From: an uncultured Devosiaceae bacterium
GTDB taxonomy: Bacteria > Pseudomonadota > Alphaproteobacteria > Rhizobiales > Devosiaceae
DNA length: 64,000 nucleotides
Direction of reading: 5' to 3'
Assembly (NCBI GenBank): GCA_964574935.1
Contig: CAZNOZ010000001.1
Coordinates: 1,227-65,226, forward strand
Of the stretch, positions 48,375 through 57,869 are shown in pieces. Positions within the stretch are counted from its first letter, which is position 1; every line of letters starts with the position of its first letter. Both the position numbers and the translations under genes were made by a program. The notes beneath the pieces were generated by a model. The model did no database searches, was not told where the DNA came from, and saw nothing but the letters and a program-made list of their open reading frames with translations.

Positions 48375-49991
48375 ATGGCCAAGGACCGCCTCTATCTCTT
48401 CGACACCACGCTTCGCGACGGCGCCCAGACCGCCGGCATCGAATTCTCGATCGAGGAGAAAATCACCATCGCCCGGCTGCTCGACCAGCTCGGCGTCGAC
48501 TATGTCGAGGGCGGCTACCCGGGCGCCAATCCCCTCGACACGGAGTTTTTTGGCCAGCCGCGCACCAAGTCGGCGACCTTCACGGCCTTCGGCATGACCA
48601 AACGCCCCGGGCGTTCGGCCGGCAACGATCCGGGCATCCAGGCGTTGCTGAATTCGGCGGCGAGCGCGGTGTGCTACGTCGCCAAGGCCTGGGATCACCA
48701 GGTCGAGCTGGCGGTCGGCATCAAGCCGGAGGAAAATCTCGACGCCATTCGCGAGAGCATCGCGGCGGCCGCCGAGGCGGGCAAGGAGCCGCTGCTCGAT
48801 TGCGAGCACTTCTTCGACGGCTACCACGCCAATCCCGCCTATGCGCTCGAATGCGTGCAAACGGCGCTCGAAGCCGGTGCCCGCTGGGTCGTCTTGTGCG
48901 ACACCAACGGCGGCACCCTGCCGCACGAAATCGAGACCGTCGTCAAGGCGGTAATGGACGTGGCGCCCGGCGACCGGTTGGGCATCCACACCCACGACGA
49001 CACGGGAAACGCGGTCGCCAACTCACTGGTCGCCATCGAAGCCGGGGTCCGGCAGGTGCAGGGCACCCTCAACGGCATCGGCGAGCGGTGCGGCAACGCC
49101 AACCTGATCTCGCTGATCCCGACCCTGGCCCTGAAGTCCCCGTTCAAGGACACGCTGGAAATCGGGATCACCTCCGATGCGCTCAAGACCCTCACCCAGG
49201 TCTCGCACGCCTTCGACGAGCTCTTGAACCGCGCCCCCGAGCGCCAGGCGCCCTATGTCGGTGCCACCGCCTTCTCGACCAAGGCCGGCATCCACGCCTC
49301 GGCGCTTTCCAAGGACACGGCGACCTACGAGCACATCGATCCCGGGCTCGTCGGCAATTCCCGCAACGTCATGGTCTCGCAGCAGGCCGGCCGGTCAAAT
49401 CTCGTCACGGTCCTCGGCCGGATGGGGCTTCAGATCGAAAAATCCGACGCCCGGCTCGACCGGTTGCTGGGCATCGTCAAGGAGCGCGAGGCGCGCGGCT
49501 ACTCCTACGACAATGCCGACGCCTCGTTCGCGCTGCTGGCCTACCGCACCTTCAACCTCCTGCCGGAGTTTTTCCGGGTCGAATCCTACCGCACGGCCGT
49601 CGAGCGTCGTCACAATGCAAGGGGCGAGCTGGTCACGGTCTCCGAGGCGGTGGTCAGGATCGAGATCGACGGCGAGACGTTCATGTCCGTCGCCGAGGGC
49701 AACGGGCCGGTCAATGCCCTCGATCTGGCCATGCGCAAGGATCTCGGCAAATACTCGAGCCGCATCGACGATCTCGAGCTTGTCGATTTCAAGGTGCGGA
49801 TTCTCGACGGCGGCACCGGCGCCGTCACCCGCGTCCTGGTCGAAAGCCGCGACGGCACCGGCGAACGCTGGTTCACCGTCGGCGTCTCTCCCAACATCAT
49901 CGACGCCTCCTTCGAGGCGCTCTTCGACTCGGTGACCTACAAGCTGCTCAAGACCGAGGCCGTCTCGTCCGGGGCGCGGCAGTCCGCCTGA
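48375..49991 (+). CDS. cimA: Citramalate synthase / LeuA-related 2-alkylmalate synthase (LeuA_rel type)
   Basis: MAKDRLYLFDTTLRDGAQTAGIEFS, HTHDDTGNAVANSL, and a C-terminal LeuA-dimer-like regulatory domain. Length 538 aa. Confidence 0.82.
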   Translation: MAKDRLYLFDTTLRDGAQTAGIEFSIEEKITIARLLDQLGVDYVEGGYPGANPLDTEFFGQPRTKSATFTAFGMTKRPGRSAGNDPGIQALLNSAASAVCYVAKAWDHQVELAVGIKPEENLDAIRESIAAAAEAGKEPLLDCEHFFDGYHANPAYALECVQTALEAGARWVVLCDTNGGTLPHEIETVVKAVMDVAPGDRLGIHTHDDTGNAVANSLVAIEAGVRQVQGTLNGIGERCGNANLISLIPTLALKSPFKDTLEIGITSDALKTLTQVSHAFDELLNRAPERQAPYVGATAFSTKAGIHASALSKDTATYEHIDPGLVGNSRNVMVSQQAGRSNLVTVLGRMGLQIEKSDARLDRLLGIVKEREARGYSYDNADASFALLAYRTFNLLPEFFRVESYRTAVERRHNARGELVTVSEAVVRIEIDGETFMSVAEGNGPVNALDLAMRKDLGKYSSRIDDLELVDFKVRILDGGTGAVTRVLVESRDGTGERWFTVGVSPNIIDASFEALFDSVTYKLLKTEAVSSGARQSA

Positions 49992-50113
49992 CCGAACGAC
50001 GATCCGGCCACTCGGGTGAGGCGCGTCCCGCGGCGATTGCCGACGCTACACTTCTGCCGGCGGGGCGGCAGGGGGTTGCGGCCGGGCCCCGGGCATACTA
50101 TCGTCAATCGACG

Positions 50114-50455
50114 ATGAACGATGAATCCGTATGGGACGTCGATCTGGCGGTCGCCCTCAGGGCGCTGTCGCATCCCGCCCGACTGTCGATACTGAAATAC
50201 CTGGCCGAGCATCAGGGCCAGTGTTGCTGCGACGTGGCGGGCTGTCTGCCTCTCGCGCAGTCGACGGTTTCGCAGCATCTGAAGATCCTGCTCGAAGCCG
50301 GCCTGGTCACCCGACATGCCCAGGGCACGCGCAACCGCTACGCCCTCAGCGCCGAGCGGCTGGCGGTGGTCCAGGGGGCGTTGGCCGATGTCCTCGGCGA
50401 GCTGGTGCCGGGCACGGCGGTGAGCGCCCGGCGCGCCCGGAAGGTGGCCTCATGA
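50114..50455 (+). CDS. ArsR/SmtB-family metalloregulator
   Basis: LRALSHPARLSILKYLAEHQGQCCCDVAGCLPLAQSTVSQHLKILLEAGLV is a winged HTH with a Cys cluster at the alpha3 position. Length 113 aa. The rest of ORF 48671..50455 is shadow of cimA. Confidence 0.85.
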   Translation: MNDESVWDVDLAVALRALSHPARLSILKYLAEHQGQCCCDVAGCLPLAQSTVSQHLKILLEAGLVTRHAQGTRNRYALSAERLAVVQGALADVLGELVPGTAVSARRARKVAS

Positions 50456-52371
50456 GACGGGCGCCGATGCTCCGCGATCCGATTCCGACCGGCCAGACCG
50501 TCAGCGCCGACCAGGGCGCGACGTTTTCGACAATCCGGAATCTGTGGCCCTTCATGTGGCCGGCCGACCGCCCGGATCTCAAGCTCAGAGTGCTTATGGC
50601 GATTGCGGCGTTGCTCGCCGCCAAGGCCGCCTCGACTTTCGTCCCGTTCGCCTACAAGGGCATCGTGGACGCCCTTGGCGTCAGCGCGACGGCCGAGACC
50701 GCGATCGTGCTCGGCCTGTCGCTGCCCTTCGTGCTGGCCATCGCATACGGCATCGGCTCCATGCTCGACTCCGGCTTCCAGCAACTCCGCGACGTCGCCT
50801 TCGCCTCGGTCGGCCAGCACGCCGTGCGCCGGCTTGCCTATCGTACATTCCGCCATCTGCACGCCCTGTCGCTGCGCTACCACCTGCAGCGCCGCACCGG
50901 CGGGCTCAGCCGGGTGATCGAGCGCGGCACCAAGGGCATCGAGACAATCGTCCGGTTCACGATGCTCAACACCGCCCCGACGATCGTCGAATTCGCCATC
51001 ATCGCGGTGGTCTTTGGATGGATGTTCGGGGTGAGTTTCGTGGCGGTGTTGGTGGCGATGATCGCGGCCTATATCTGGTTCACGGTCCGCGCGTCGAACT
51101 GGCGGATCGGCATCCGCCGGGTGATGAACGAGTCAGACACCGACGCCCATTCCAAGGCGATCGACAGCCTTTTGAACTACGAAACAGTCAAGTATTTCGG
51201 CAACGAGCGCATGGAGGCCGAGCGCTTCGACGCGGCCATGGGCACTTACGAACACGCCGCGGTGCGCATGTGGTCGTCGTTGGGGGCGCTGAATTTCGGT
51301 CAGGCGGCGATCTTCTGGACGGGCATGATCGTAATCGGACTGATGGCCATCGCCGGTGTGGTCGCCGGGCGCCTCACAGTCGGCGATTTCGTGCTCGTCA
51401 ACGCCTTCATGATGCAAATCTACCGGCCCCTGAACATGATCGGCTTCGTCTATCGCGAAATCCGTCAGTCGCTCGCCGACATCGAGGCGATGTTCCTGCT
51501 TCTCGACCAGCAGCCCGAGATCGAGGACCGCCCGGACGCCAGGCCCATCGCCATCAAAGGGCCCGTGCTTCGCTTCGAGGACGTGCGCTTTCACTACGAT
51601 CCGGATCGCTCGATCCTCAAAGGGGTGAGCTTCGAGGTGCCGGCCGGCAGGACGATCGCGGTGGTGGGGCCGTCCGGCGCCGGCAAATCGACGATCTCGC
51701 GGCTGATCTATCGCTTCTACGACGTCATCGGCGGTCGCATCACCATCGACGGACAGGATTTGCGCGACGTCAGCCAGGACTCCCTACGCGCCGCCATCGG
51801 CATGGTCCCGCAGGACACGGTCCTGTTCAACGACACGATCGAATACAACATCCGCTACGGTCGTCCCGACGCCACCGACGAAGAGGTGCGCGAGGCGGCG
51901 CGCCTGGCACAGATCGCCGAGTTCGTGGAGAGTTTGCCGGACGGGTATCGGACCCATGTCGGCGAGCGCGGTCTGAAACTGAGCGGCGGCGAAAAGCAGC
52001 GGGTCGCGATCGCCCGCACCATCCTCAAGGGCCCGCCGATGCTGATCCTGGACGAGGCCACCTCGGCCCTCGACACGCACACCGAACGCGACATCCAGGC
52101 GGCGCTCGACGCGGTGGCCAGGGACCGGACGACGCTGGTCATCGCGCATCGTCTGTCGACGGTGATCCATGCCGATGAAATCGTGGTCCTGAGAGCCGGC
52201 GAGATCGTCGAGCGCGGCAACCACGACGACCTGCTGGCGCTCGACGGGCTCTACGCCCAGATGTGGGAGCGCCAGCGCGAGGCCGCCGAAGCCTCCGAGC
52301 GACTACGGCAGACCCGGGAGAGCGACACCGAGGGGTTCCTGGAGGAGATCGCCGCCCCCGCCGCCGAATAG
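50452..52371 (+). CDS. Atm1/HMT1-type ABC exporter (fused permease + ATPase)
   Basis: The ATG overlaps the arsR stop (ATGA). N-terminal LWPFMWPADRPDLKLRVLMAIAALLAAKAASTFVPFAYKGIVDAL, six TM helices, Walker A GPSGAGKST, signature LSGGEKQRVAIAR, Walker B MLILDEATSALD. Confidence 0.88.
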   Translation: MRRAPMLRDPIPTGQTVSADQGATFSTIRNLWPFMWPADRPDLKLRVLMAIAALLAAKAASTFVPFAYKGIVDALGVSATAETAIVLGLSLPFVLAIAYGIGSMLDSGFQQLRDVAFASVGQHAVRRLAYRTFRHLHALSLRYHLQRRTGGLSRVIERGTKGIETIVRFTMLNTAPTIVEFAIIAVVFGWMFGVSFVAVLVAMIAAYIWFTVRASNWRIGIRRVMNESDTDAHSKAIDSLLNYETVKYFGNERMEAERFDAAMGTYEHAAVRMWSSLGALNFGQAAIFWTGMIVIGLMAIAGVVAGRLTVGDFVLVNAFMMQIYRPLNMIGFVYREIRQSLADIEAMFLLLDQQPEIEDRPDARPIAIKGPVLRFEDVRFHYDPDRSILKGVSFEVPAGRTIAVVGPSGAGKSTISRLIYRFYDVIGGRITIDGQDLRDVSQDSLRAAIGMVPQDTVLFNDTIEYNIRYGRPDATDEEVREAARLAQIAEFVESLPDGYRTHVGERGLKLSGGEKQRVAIARTILKGPPMLILDEATSALDTHTERDIQAALDAVARDRTTLVIAHRLSTVIHADEIVVLRAGEIVERGNHDDLLALDGLYAQMWERQREAAEASERLRQTRESDTEGFLEEIAAPAAE

Positions 52372-52421
52372 CGGGCCCGCGCCGGGCGACTGCGCCGCGT
52401 CCGCGCGGCAGGGGGATCGGG

Positions 52422-53087
52422 CTACTTCTCTGCGAAAAACATCTGGCGGCTGCGCAAAACCGCCGCTTCGCCGACAATGCGGGCGGCCAGGCCCCGCGCC
52501 ATACCCTTGAGGTTGTCGCGCGTGTGTTCGCGCACTTCGTCGAATCCCTCGATGGCGGAAAAATCGCCGCTCGCCGCGTTATCACTGGCCTCGCGGTGAT
52601 GGCGCGCGAATTCCTCGCGCAATTCGCCAACCAGGGAATTGGCGTTTGCCAGGTGCTGCGCATCGGCGACCCCGGGGTGCCGGGGCAGTTCGAGGGCGAG
52701 CGCGCCCTCTTCGTCGATGGGCAACAGAAGGGTGTTCCAGGCATCCATCGGGAACATCTCGAGGTCCGCGAGCAGGAAGTCGGCGTGCTCGCCCTGCCAG
52801 CAGGCGTAGGGGACCATGGCCCACGGCGCGACCTCGCGCGGCAGTCTCGCATTCCACCTCGCCACGAACTGCTTCGACAGCTCGGCGAGGTGATCGGCCT
52901 GGGCCTGAACTTCGGACTGCGACTGGACGACATTCGTGGGGCCGTCCGGCGACGCGCCAAGACTGCGCAGGAAGTCGCCCACCGCCGAATCCTCCCAAAG
53001 CGACTTCGGGATGGCGCGCGTGACGCTGTCGGCGTCGGGGGTGGGTGCCGCCGCGGCCGCGGCCCGCTTTCCAAAAACGACCTTCAT
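52422..53087 (-). CDS. Hypothetical cytoplasmic protein, no family recognised
   Basis: GAGGAA lies 5 nt upstream of ATG 53087. The 221-aa product has coding-like GC3 bias, no signal peptide or TM helix, and an Ala-rich N-terminus (KRAAAAAAPTPD). Confidence 0.55.
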   Translation of the reverse strand: MKVVFGKRAAAAAAPTPDADSVTRAIPKSLWEDSAVGDFLRSLGASPDGPTNVVQSQSEVQAQADHLAELSKQFVARWNARLPREVAPWAMVPYACWQGEHADFLLADLEMFPMDAWNTLLLPIDEEGALALELPRHPGVADAQHLANANSLVGELREEFARHHREASDNAASGDFSAIEGFDEVREHTRDNLKGMARGLAARIVGEAAVLRSRQMFFAEK

Positions 53088-53287
53088 AGTATTCCTCACC
53101 GTCTGGTCCTTTGTGGCTGAGGAAGCCTCGCACCGGGTTAACGCCACCGCCCTGTCGCGTTTTCGGTTAACGCGCGATGTCGCAAGCGGCGCGGATTTTC
53201 GGCATCGGGGGTTGCCTTCGGGCGCGCGCCGGGAAAAGCCTTCGCCGAGGCGTGGGCGCTAGCGGAAATCGGGGAACGTCGAGACGG

Positions 53288-56200
53288 CTATTCGGCGGCC
53301 TGCCGGGTCACCACGACCACGCCGTCTTCTTCCTCGACCTCGACAAGGCCGGTTCCGTTGATCTTGACGTAATTGCCGGCGCTGTCGACCTCCGCCGGGA
53401 TCGCCGCGGTGGGGGCGCTCTCCTCGGCCTGCGGCCGGACCACCAACCAGGCCAGAGCGCGGGCCGGGGCGCTGATGACCGTGCCGGCCATCGCCGGCAG
53501 CCCAGCCACTCCGGACCAGAGTGATTTGATGTTCTGCCAGATTACCGTCGGCGCCGTGATCATGACCGGCACCATGATCAGGGTCAGTGCGGTCGAGAAG
53601 AACAGGCCGGAGACCAGCGCCGAAGACAGATGCACGAACCAGGTGCCGGCAAGGCCGCCGACCACGATCTCGCGGCGGATGAAGTCGAACTCGACATTGA
53701 GCGCCATCGGGATGACGCCCAGCGCCGTCAGCGAGGCGGTCAGCAACACCGGCCTGATGCGCTGGGAAATCGTAATCAGCATCGCCTTGATCGGCTCGAC
53801 ACCGTCGTCACGAGTGTAGTGATTGTAGGTGTCGATCAGGACGATGCCGTTCTTGACCACGATACCCGCCAGCGCCACGATCCCGAGCCCGGTCATGATC
53901 GCCGAAAAACTCATGCCGGTGATCAGCATCCCCAGCAGCACGCCCGCGGTCGACATGATCACCGTCGACAGCGTCACCAGCACCTGCCAGAAGCTGTTGT
54001 ATTCAAGCAGCAGCACCAGGAAGATGATGAACATCGCGGCCATCATGGCCTGGACGATGAAGGCGTTGGCGTCCCCGATCTGCTCTTCGGCGCCGCCGTA
54101 GACGATGCTCAACCCCTCGGGCCATTGCTGGGTGTTCTGCCACTCCTTCAATTGCTTGACCTTGTCGTCGGCCAACAGTCCCGGCTCGAGATTGGCGGCC
54201 ACGGCCATCACGTAGGTGCCGTTGCGGTGCGTGATCGATGCGACCTTGGGCTGCGCGGTGCGCTCGATGAAATTGGACACCGGCACCAGGCCGCCGGCGG
54301 TCGCGATGCGCATTGAATCGAGCGCCGAGAATGTGCGCTCGTCCTTGGGCAGCCGAACCCGGATATCGAGCTCGTCCGAGGCGTCGCTCGGCCGGTAGGT
54401 GCCGATCTTCACGCCGCTGGTGATGAGCTGCACGTAGGGGCTGAGTTCCCTCACCCCGATGCCGAACTTCGCCGCCGAGGCGCGGTCGATGGTGATTTTC
54501 CAGTCGATGCCGGGGGAGGGGCGCCCGTCTTCCACGTCCACGGCGCCGCCGAGATCGTTCTCGATGTAGTTCCGCAGGTTCGCGACGGCGGGCGCCAGAT
54601 CCTCGTAGGTGTCGCTTTCGACCCTGAGATTGATGTCCTTGCCCGCCGGCGGGCCGTTTTCGACCTCGGCGAGCTGCACCTCCAGGCCGGGAATGTCGCT
54701 CACCCGCTCGCGGATATCGGTGAAGATCTGGGCTGCCGGCACCCGGTTCTCCCAGGGATCGAGCTGCAATTGCAAGGTGCCGATGGTGTCCGGCGGACCA
54801 CCGCCGAACCCGAAGCCGCTGCCGCCGCCGAAGGTCATGATCACGTCCTGCAGCCCGTCGACCTGCAAGATTCGACTTTCGACCTCTTCCATGAAGCCGA
54901 GGATTTCCGCCGGCGAGTAGTTGCCGCGCGCGACCACCGAGGCGGTGCCGTATTCCGGTTCCGACGCCGGGAACGCCTCGGTGCCGGTGGGATTGAGAGA
55001 GTAGGCGTAGAACACCGAGCCGATGATGGCGAAACCGAAGATCAGGGTGATGATCGGCCGGCGGATCAGCCGCGTCATCATCCGCACATACACGCCGGTC
55101 AGCCCGCGCACCTTGGCGGTGTCGAACTTGTCCGGATACATCACCACCTCGGCGGCCTCTTTTTCCTTCTCGTCCACCCGCCTGTGGGCGATCAGGGACC
55201 CGATCACCGGCATGAAGACGAGCGCCGAAAGCAACGACGCGGTCATCACTACGATGACGATGGTGGGCAGATAGCTCATGAACTTGCCGACAATGCCGGG
55301 CCAGAACAGGAGCGGAACGAAGGCGCCCAGCGTGGTCGCGGTCGCCGACACCACCGGCACGAACATCTTCTTGGCGGCGATGATGAATGCGTCGCGCCTG
55401 GAGATGCCCTCGGAGAGTTTTCGCTCGGCGTATTCGACGACAACGATCGGGTCGTCGACCAGCACGCCCACCGCCAGCACCAGACCGAACATGATCATCA
55501 TGTTGATGGTCATGCCGAGCATCTGCGTGACCAGGAACGCGATCATGAACGAAATCGGGATCGACGCGCCGATCATCAGGGCCGGCCGCACACCGAGGAT
55601 GGCCACACAGGTGATCATCACCAGCGCGATGGCGGTAAGCACCGCCGCCTCGAGCGATCGGTAGAGGGTTCGGGTGCTCTCGGACTGATCGAGCAGGAAA
55701 CTGCGCTGGATGCCCGGCGGCCACGCGGCCGTGACCTCTTCGGTCACCTGCCGCACCTGCTCGGAGACCTCGATGATGTTGGTGCCGAGGTTCTTGGTCA
55801 CACCCAGTGTGATCGCGGGCTGGCCGTTGACGTGCGAGTACTGGGTCGCGTCCTTGAAGGTCCGGGTGATGGTCGCCACGTCGCCGAATGTGACGACCGT
55901 GTCGCCGTCGGTCTTCAGGGGCAGGTTGAACACCTCTTCGGCGGTCGTGATCAGCCCCGGAACTTCGACGTTGAACGAGCCCTGGCCGGTGTCGAGCGTG
56001 CCCCCGGCGACCACCAGGTTGTTCTTGGCGACCGCGTCGAACAGCTGCGCGGCGGTGAGTCCGTAGGCTTCCAGCCGGGCCAGATCGATGCGCACCACGA
56101 GCATCTCGTCGCGGGAGCCGGAGATCGTTACGTCGTGGACGTCGTCGATGTCCTTGAGTGCGTCGCGCAGTTCCTTGGCACGCGTCACCAGCGTCCGTTC

Positions 56201-56647
56201 CGGCACGTCGCCATAAACGGCCACCGACAGGATCGGAAAGTCGTCGAATGAGATTTCGGTGACGGTCGCGTCACTGGCGTCCGCCGGCAGTTCACCGGAT
56301 ACCCCGTCGAGCTTTCCCCTGATGTCGGCGAGCGCCACATCCTTGTTGGTGTTGACGTCGAATTCGAGGAACACCGACACGTGCCCCGTGGTCGACACTG
56401 CGCTCAGGTTGTTGAGCCCGGTCAGGCCCGTGAGCCGATCTTCGATCGGCTTGGCGAGCAACCGCTCGGCGTCGCGCGGCGAGATGCCGGTCTGGCTGAC
56501 CGAGACGTAGAAATACGGGATGTCGATCGAAGGGAAGCTCTCCTTCGGAAGCGAGACGTAGGCCCCGGCGCCCGCCAGCAGCAAAAGCGCCATGGCGGTC
56601 AGGACCAGGCGCGGACGCCGCAGCACGCGCTCGAGGAAACCCATCAT
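53288..56647 (-). CDS. RND-family efflux transporter permease (AcrB/HAE1-like) with a C-terminal extension
   Basis: MMGFLERVLRRPRLVLTAMALLLLAGAGAYVSLPKESFPSIDIPYFYV. There are 12 TM helices, two large periplasmic loops and VDDPIVVVE (proton-relay Asp region). At 1,119 aa it is ~60 aa longer at the C-terminus than typical AcrB. Confidence 0.92.
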   Translation of the reverse strand: MMGFLERVLRRPRLVLTAMALLLLAGAGAYVSLPKESFPSIDIPYFYVSVSQTGISPRDAERLLAKPIEDRLTGLTGLNNLSAVSTTGHVSVFLEFDVNTNKDVALADIRGKLDGVSGELPADASDATVTEISFDDFPILSVAVYGDVPERTLVTRAKELRDALKDIDDVHDVTISGSRDEMLVVRIDLARLEAYGLTAAQLFDAVAKNNLVVAGGTLDTGQGSFNVEVPGLITTAEEVFNLPLKTDGDTVVTFGDVATITRTFKDATQYSHVNGQPAITLGVTKNLGTNIIEVSEQVRQVTEEVTAAWPPGIQRSFLLDQSESTRTLYRSLEAAVLTAIALVMITCVAILGVRPALMIGASIPISFMIAFLVTQMLGMTINMMIMFGLVLAVGVLVDDPIVVVEYAERKLSEGISRRDAFIIAAKKMFVPVVSATATTLGAFVPLLFWPGIVGKFMSYLPTIVIVVMTASLLSALVFMPVIGSLIAHRRVDEKEKEAAEVVMYPDKFDTAKVRGLTGVYVRMMTRLIRRPIITLIFGFAIIGSVFYAYSLNPTGTEAFPASEPEYGTASVVARGNYSPAEILGFMEEVESRILQVDGLQDVIMTFGGGSGFGFGGGPPDTIGTLQLQLDPWENRVPAAQIFTDIRERVSDIPGLEVQLAEVENGPPAGKDINLRVESDTYEDLAPAVANLRNYIENDLGGAVDVEDGRPSPGIDWKITIDRASAAKFGIGVRELSPYVQLITSGVKIGTYRPSDASDELDIRVRLPKDERTFSALDSMRIATAGGLVPVSNFIERTAQPKVASITHRNGTYVMAVAANLEPGLLADDKVKQLKEWQNTQQWPEGLSIVYGGAEEQIGDANAFIVQAMMAAMFIIFLVLLLEYNSFWQVLVTLSTVIMSTAGVLLGMLITGMSFSAIMTGLGIVALAGIVVKNGIVLIDTYNHYTRDDGVEPIKAMLITISQRIRPVLLTASLTALGVIPMALNVEFDFIRREIVVGGLAGTWFVHLSSALVSGLFFSTALTLIMVPVMITAPTVIWQNIKSLWSGVAGLPAMAGTVISAPARALAWLVVRPQAEESAPTAAIPAEVDSAGNYVKINGTGLVEVEEEDGVVVVTRQAAE

Positions 56648-57852
56648 GATGTCGCGTCCCCGTCGGCGGCGCGGGCGTCGACCATCTGCCCCGCCTTGAC
56701 GTATTCCTGTCCGAGCGTGATCACGTCCACCCTCGCCGGCAGTCCGAGCACCCAGACCCCTTGGCGCGTGTCCTGGGCGATCGTGACCGGATGGAACTGA
56801 ACCTCTCCGTCGGCGACCGTTCGCACCCCGAGCGTGCCGTCGTCGTCCAGGGTGAGGACCGATTGCGGCACCAGATGCGCCATGGCAGTGCCCAGCCGCA
56901 CCGTTGCCGAGGCGGTCAACCCGTCGCGGACGGTGCTGTTCGGATTGGCGAACTCGATTTCGAACGGGAAGGAACGGGTGCCGGGATCGGCGACCGCTGA
57001 AATGAAGGACACGGTCCCGTCGACGGTGTCGCCGGCGATGGTCGTGACGGAAGCGGGAAGCCCCGTGCGCGCCAGCCCGATCCGGGCCTCCGGAATGGCG
57101 CCGACAAACAGCATGGGATCGAGCGCGACCACGGTCGCGCAGGTTCCGCCGACACCGATGACGTCCCCGACATCGGCGATCGGATCCTGGACGATGCCGG
57201 CTGTCTCGGCCCGGATTTCGGTGCGGGCGAGCTCGTTCTGGGCTTCCTCAAGCGCCGCCTTGGCGGCCGCGAGCGCCACCGCAAAGGCGCGGCCCGAATT
57301 AGCGGCGGCGACCCCCCGCTCACGCAGCGTCTGGTTGGAGTCGAAATCCTGCTGGGCCTGGGCGAGGGCCGCTTCGGCCTGCGCCACGCGCAGCTGCCGG
57401 GAGCCCTGGTCGAGCGCGCACAACAGGTCGCCGGGCTCAACCCGGTCGCCCTTGTTCACCGGCCGGCTTTCGAGGGTGCCGGCGGTCTGGGCGCGGGCGG
57501 TGATCGAGGCGCTGGACTTGGTGCGCCCGCGAAGGGTGACCTCGAGCGGCATCGCTTCGGCGACGAAGGTGTGAATGCGCACCGAGCGCAGTTCTTCAGG
57601 TTGCGCCGTCGCGGCCGCTTCCGCCGGTGCCGTCCCGGCGACTTCGGCGGTTTCCTGGTCGGGGGACGCCAGGCCGAACTCGACCATCAAATCCTGCAAT
57701 CGCTCGTTGTCGCCCAGCCCCAGGGCTTCGAGCACCGTCTTTTCGCCTTCGCCTTCGCCCTGGCCGCCCTGGACCAGGATGCCGGAGGCCATCCACAGGC
57801 CGATCACGACGATGATCAGCAGGGCTATTGCGTATGAAAGGAACGCGCGCAT
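56644..57852 (-). CDS. RND efflux periplasmic adaptor (membrane fusion protein)
   Basis: N-terminal TM anchor, a coiled-coil hairpin (QAEAALAQAQQDFDSNQ ... ALEEAQNELARTEI) and beta-barrel domains. The stop overlaps the RND start (ATGA). Confidence 0.88.
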   Translation of the reverse strand: MRAFLSYAIALLIIVVIGLWMASGILVQGGQGEGEGEKTVLEALGLGDNERLQDLMVEFGLASPDQETAEVAGTAPAEAAATAQPEELRSVRIHTFVAEAMPLEVTLRGRTKSSASITARAQTAGTLESRPVNKGDRVEPGDLLCALDQGSRQLRVAQAEAALAQAQQDFDSNQTLRERGVAAANSGRAFAVALAAAKAALEEAQNELARTEIRAETAGIVQDPIADVGDVIGVGGTCATVVALDPMLFVGAIPEARIGLARTGLPASVTTIAGDTVDGTVSFISAVADPGTRSFPFEIEFANPNSTVRDGLTASATVRLGTAMAHLVPQSVLTLDDDGTLGVRTVADGEVQFHPVTIAQDTRQGVWVLGLPARVDVITLGQEYVKAGQMVDARAADGDATS

Positions 57853-57869
57853 TGAGGTTTCGGTCTCTG

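Noticed and set aside
48671-50113. First ~481 codons of the 594-aa ORF 48671..50455
   Set aside because: This is an out-of-frame shadow over cimA. Only the last 113 codons, from ATG 50114, form a recognisable ArsR-family protein.
54003-55724. 573-aa minus-strand ORF in another frame of the RND gene, plus the plus-strand ORFs 54770..56251 and 53630..54316
   Set aside because: All lie entirely within the 1,119-aa RND permease gene. Their Arg/Gly/His-rich translations are incompatible with real proteins.
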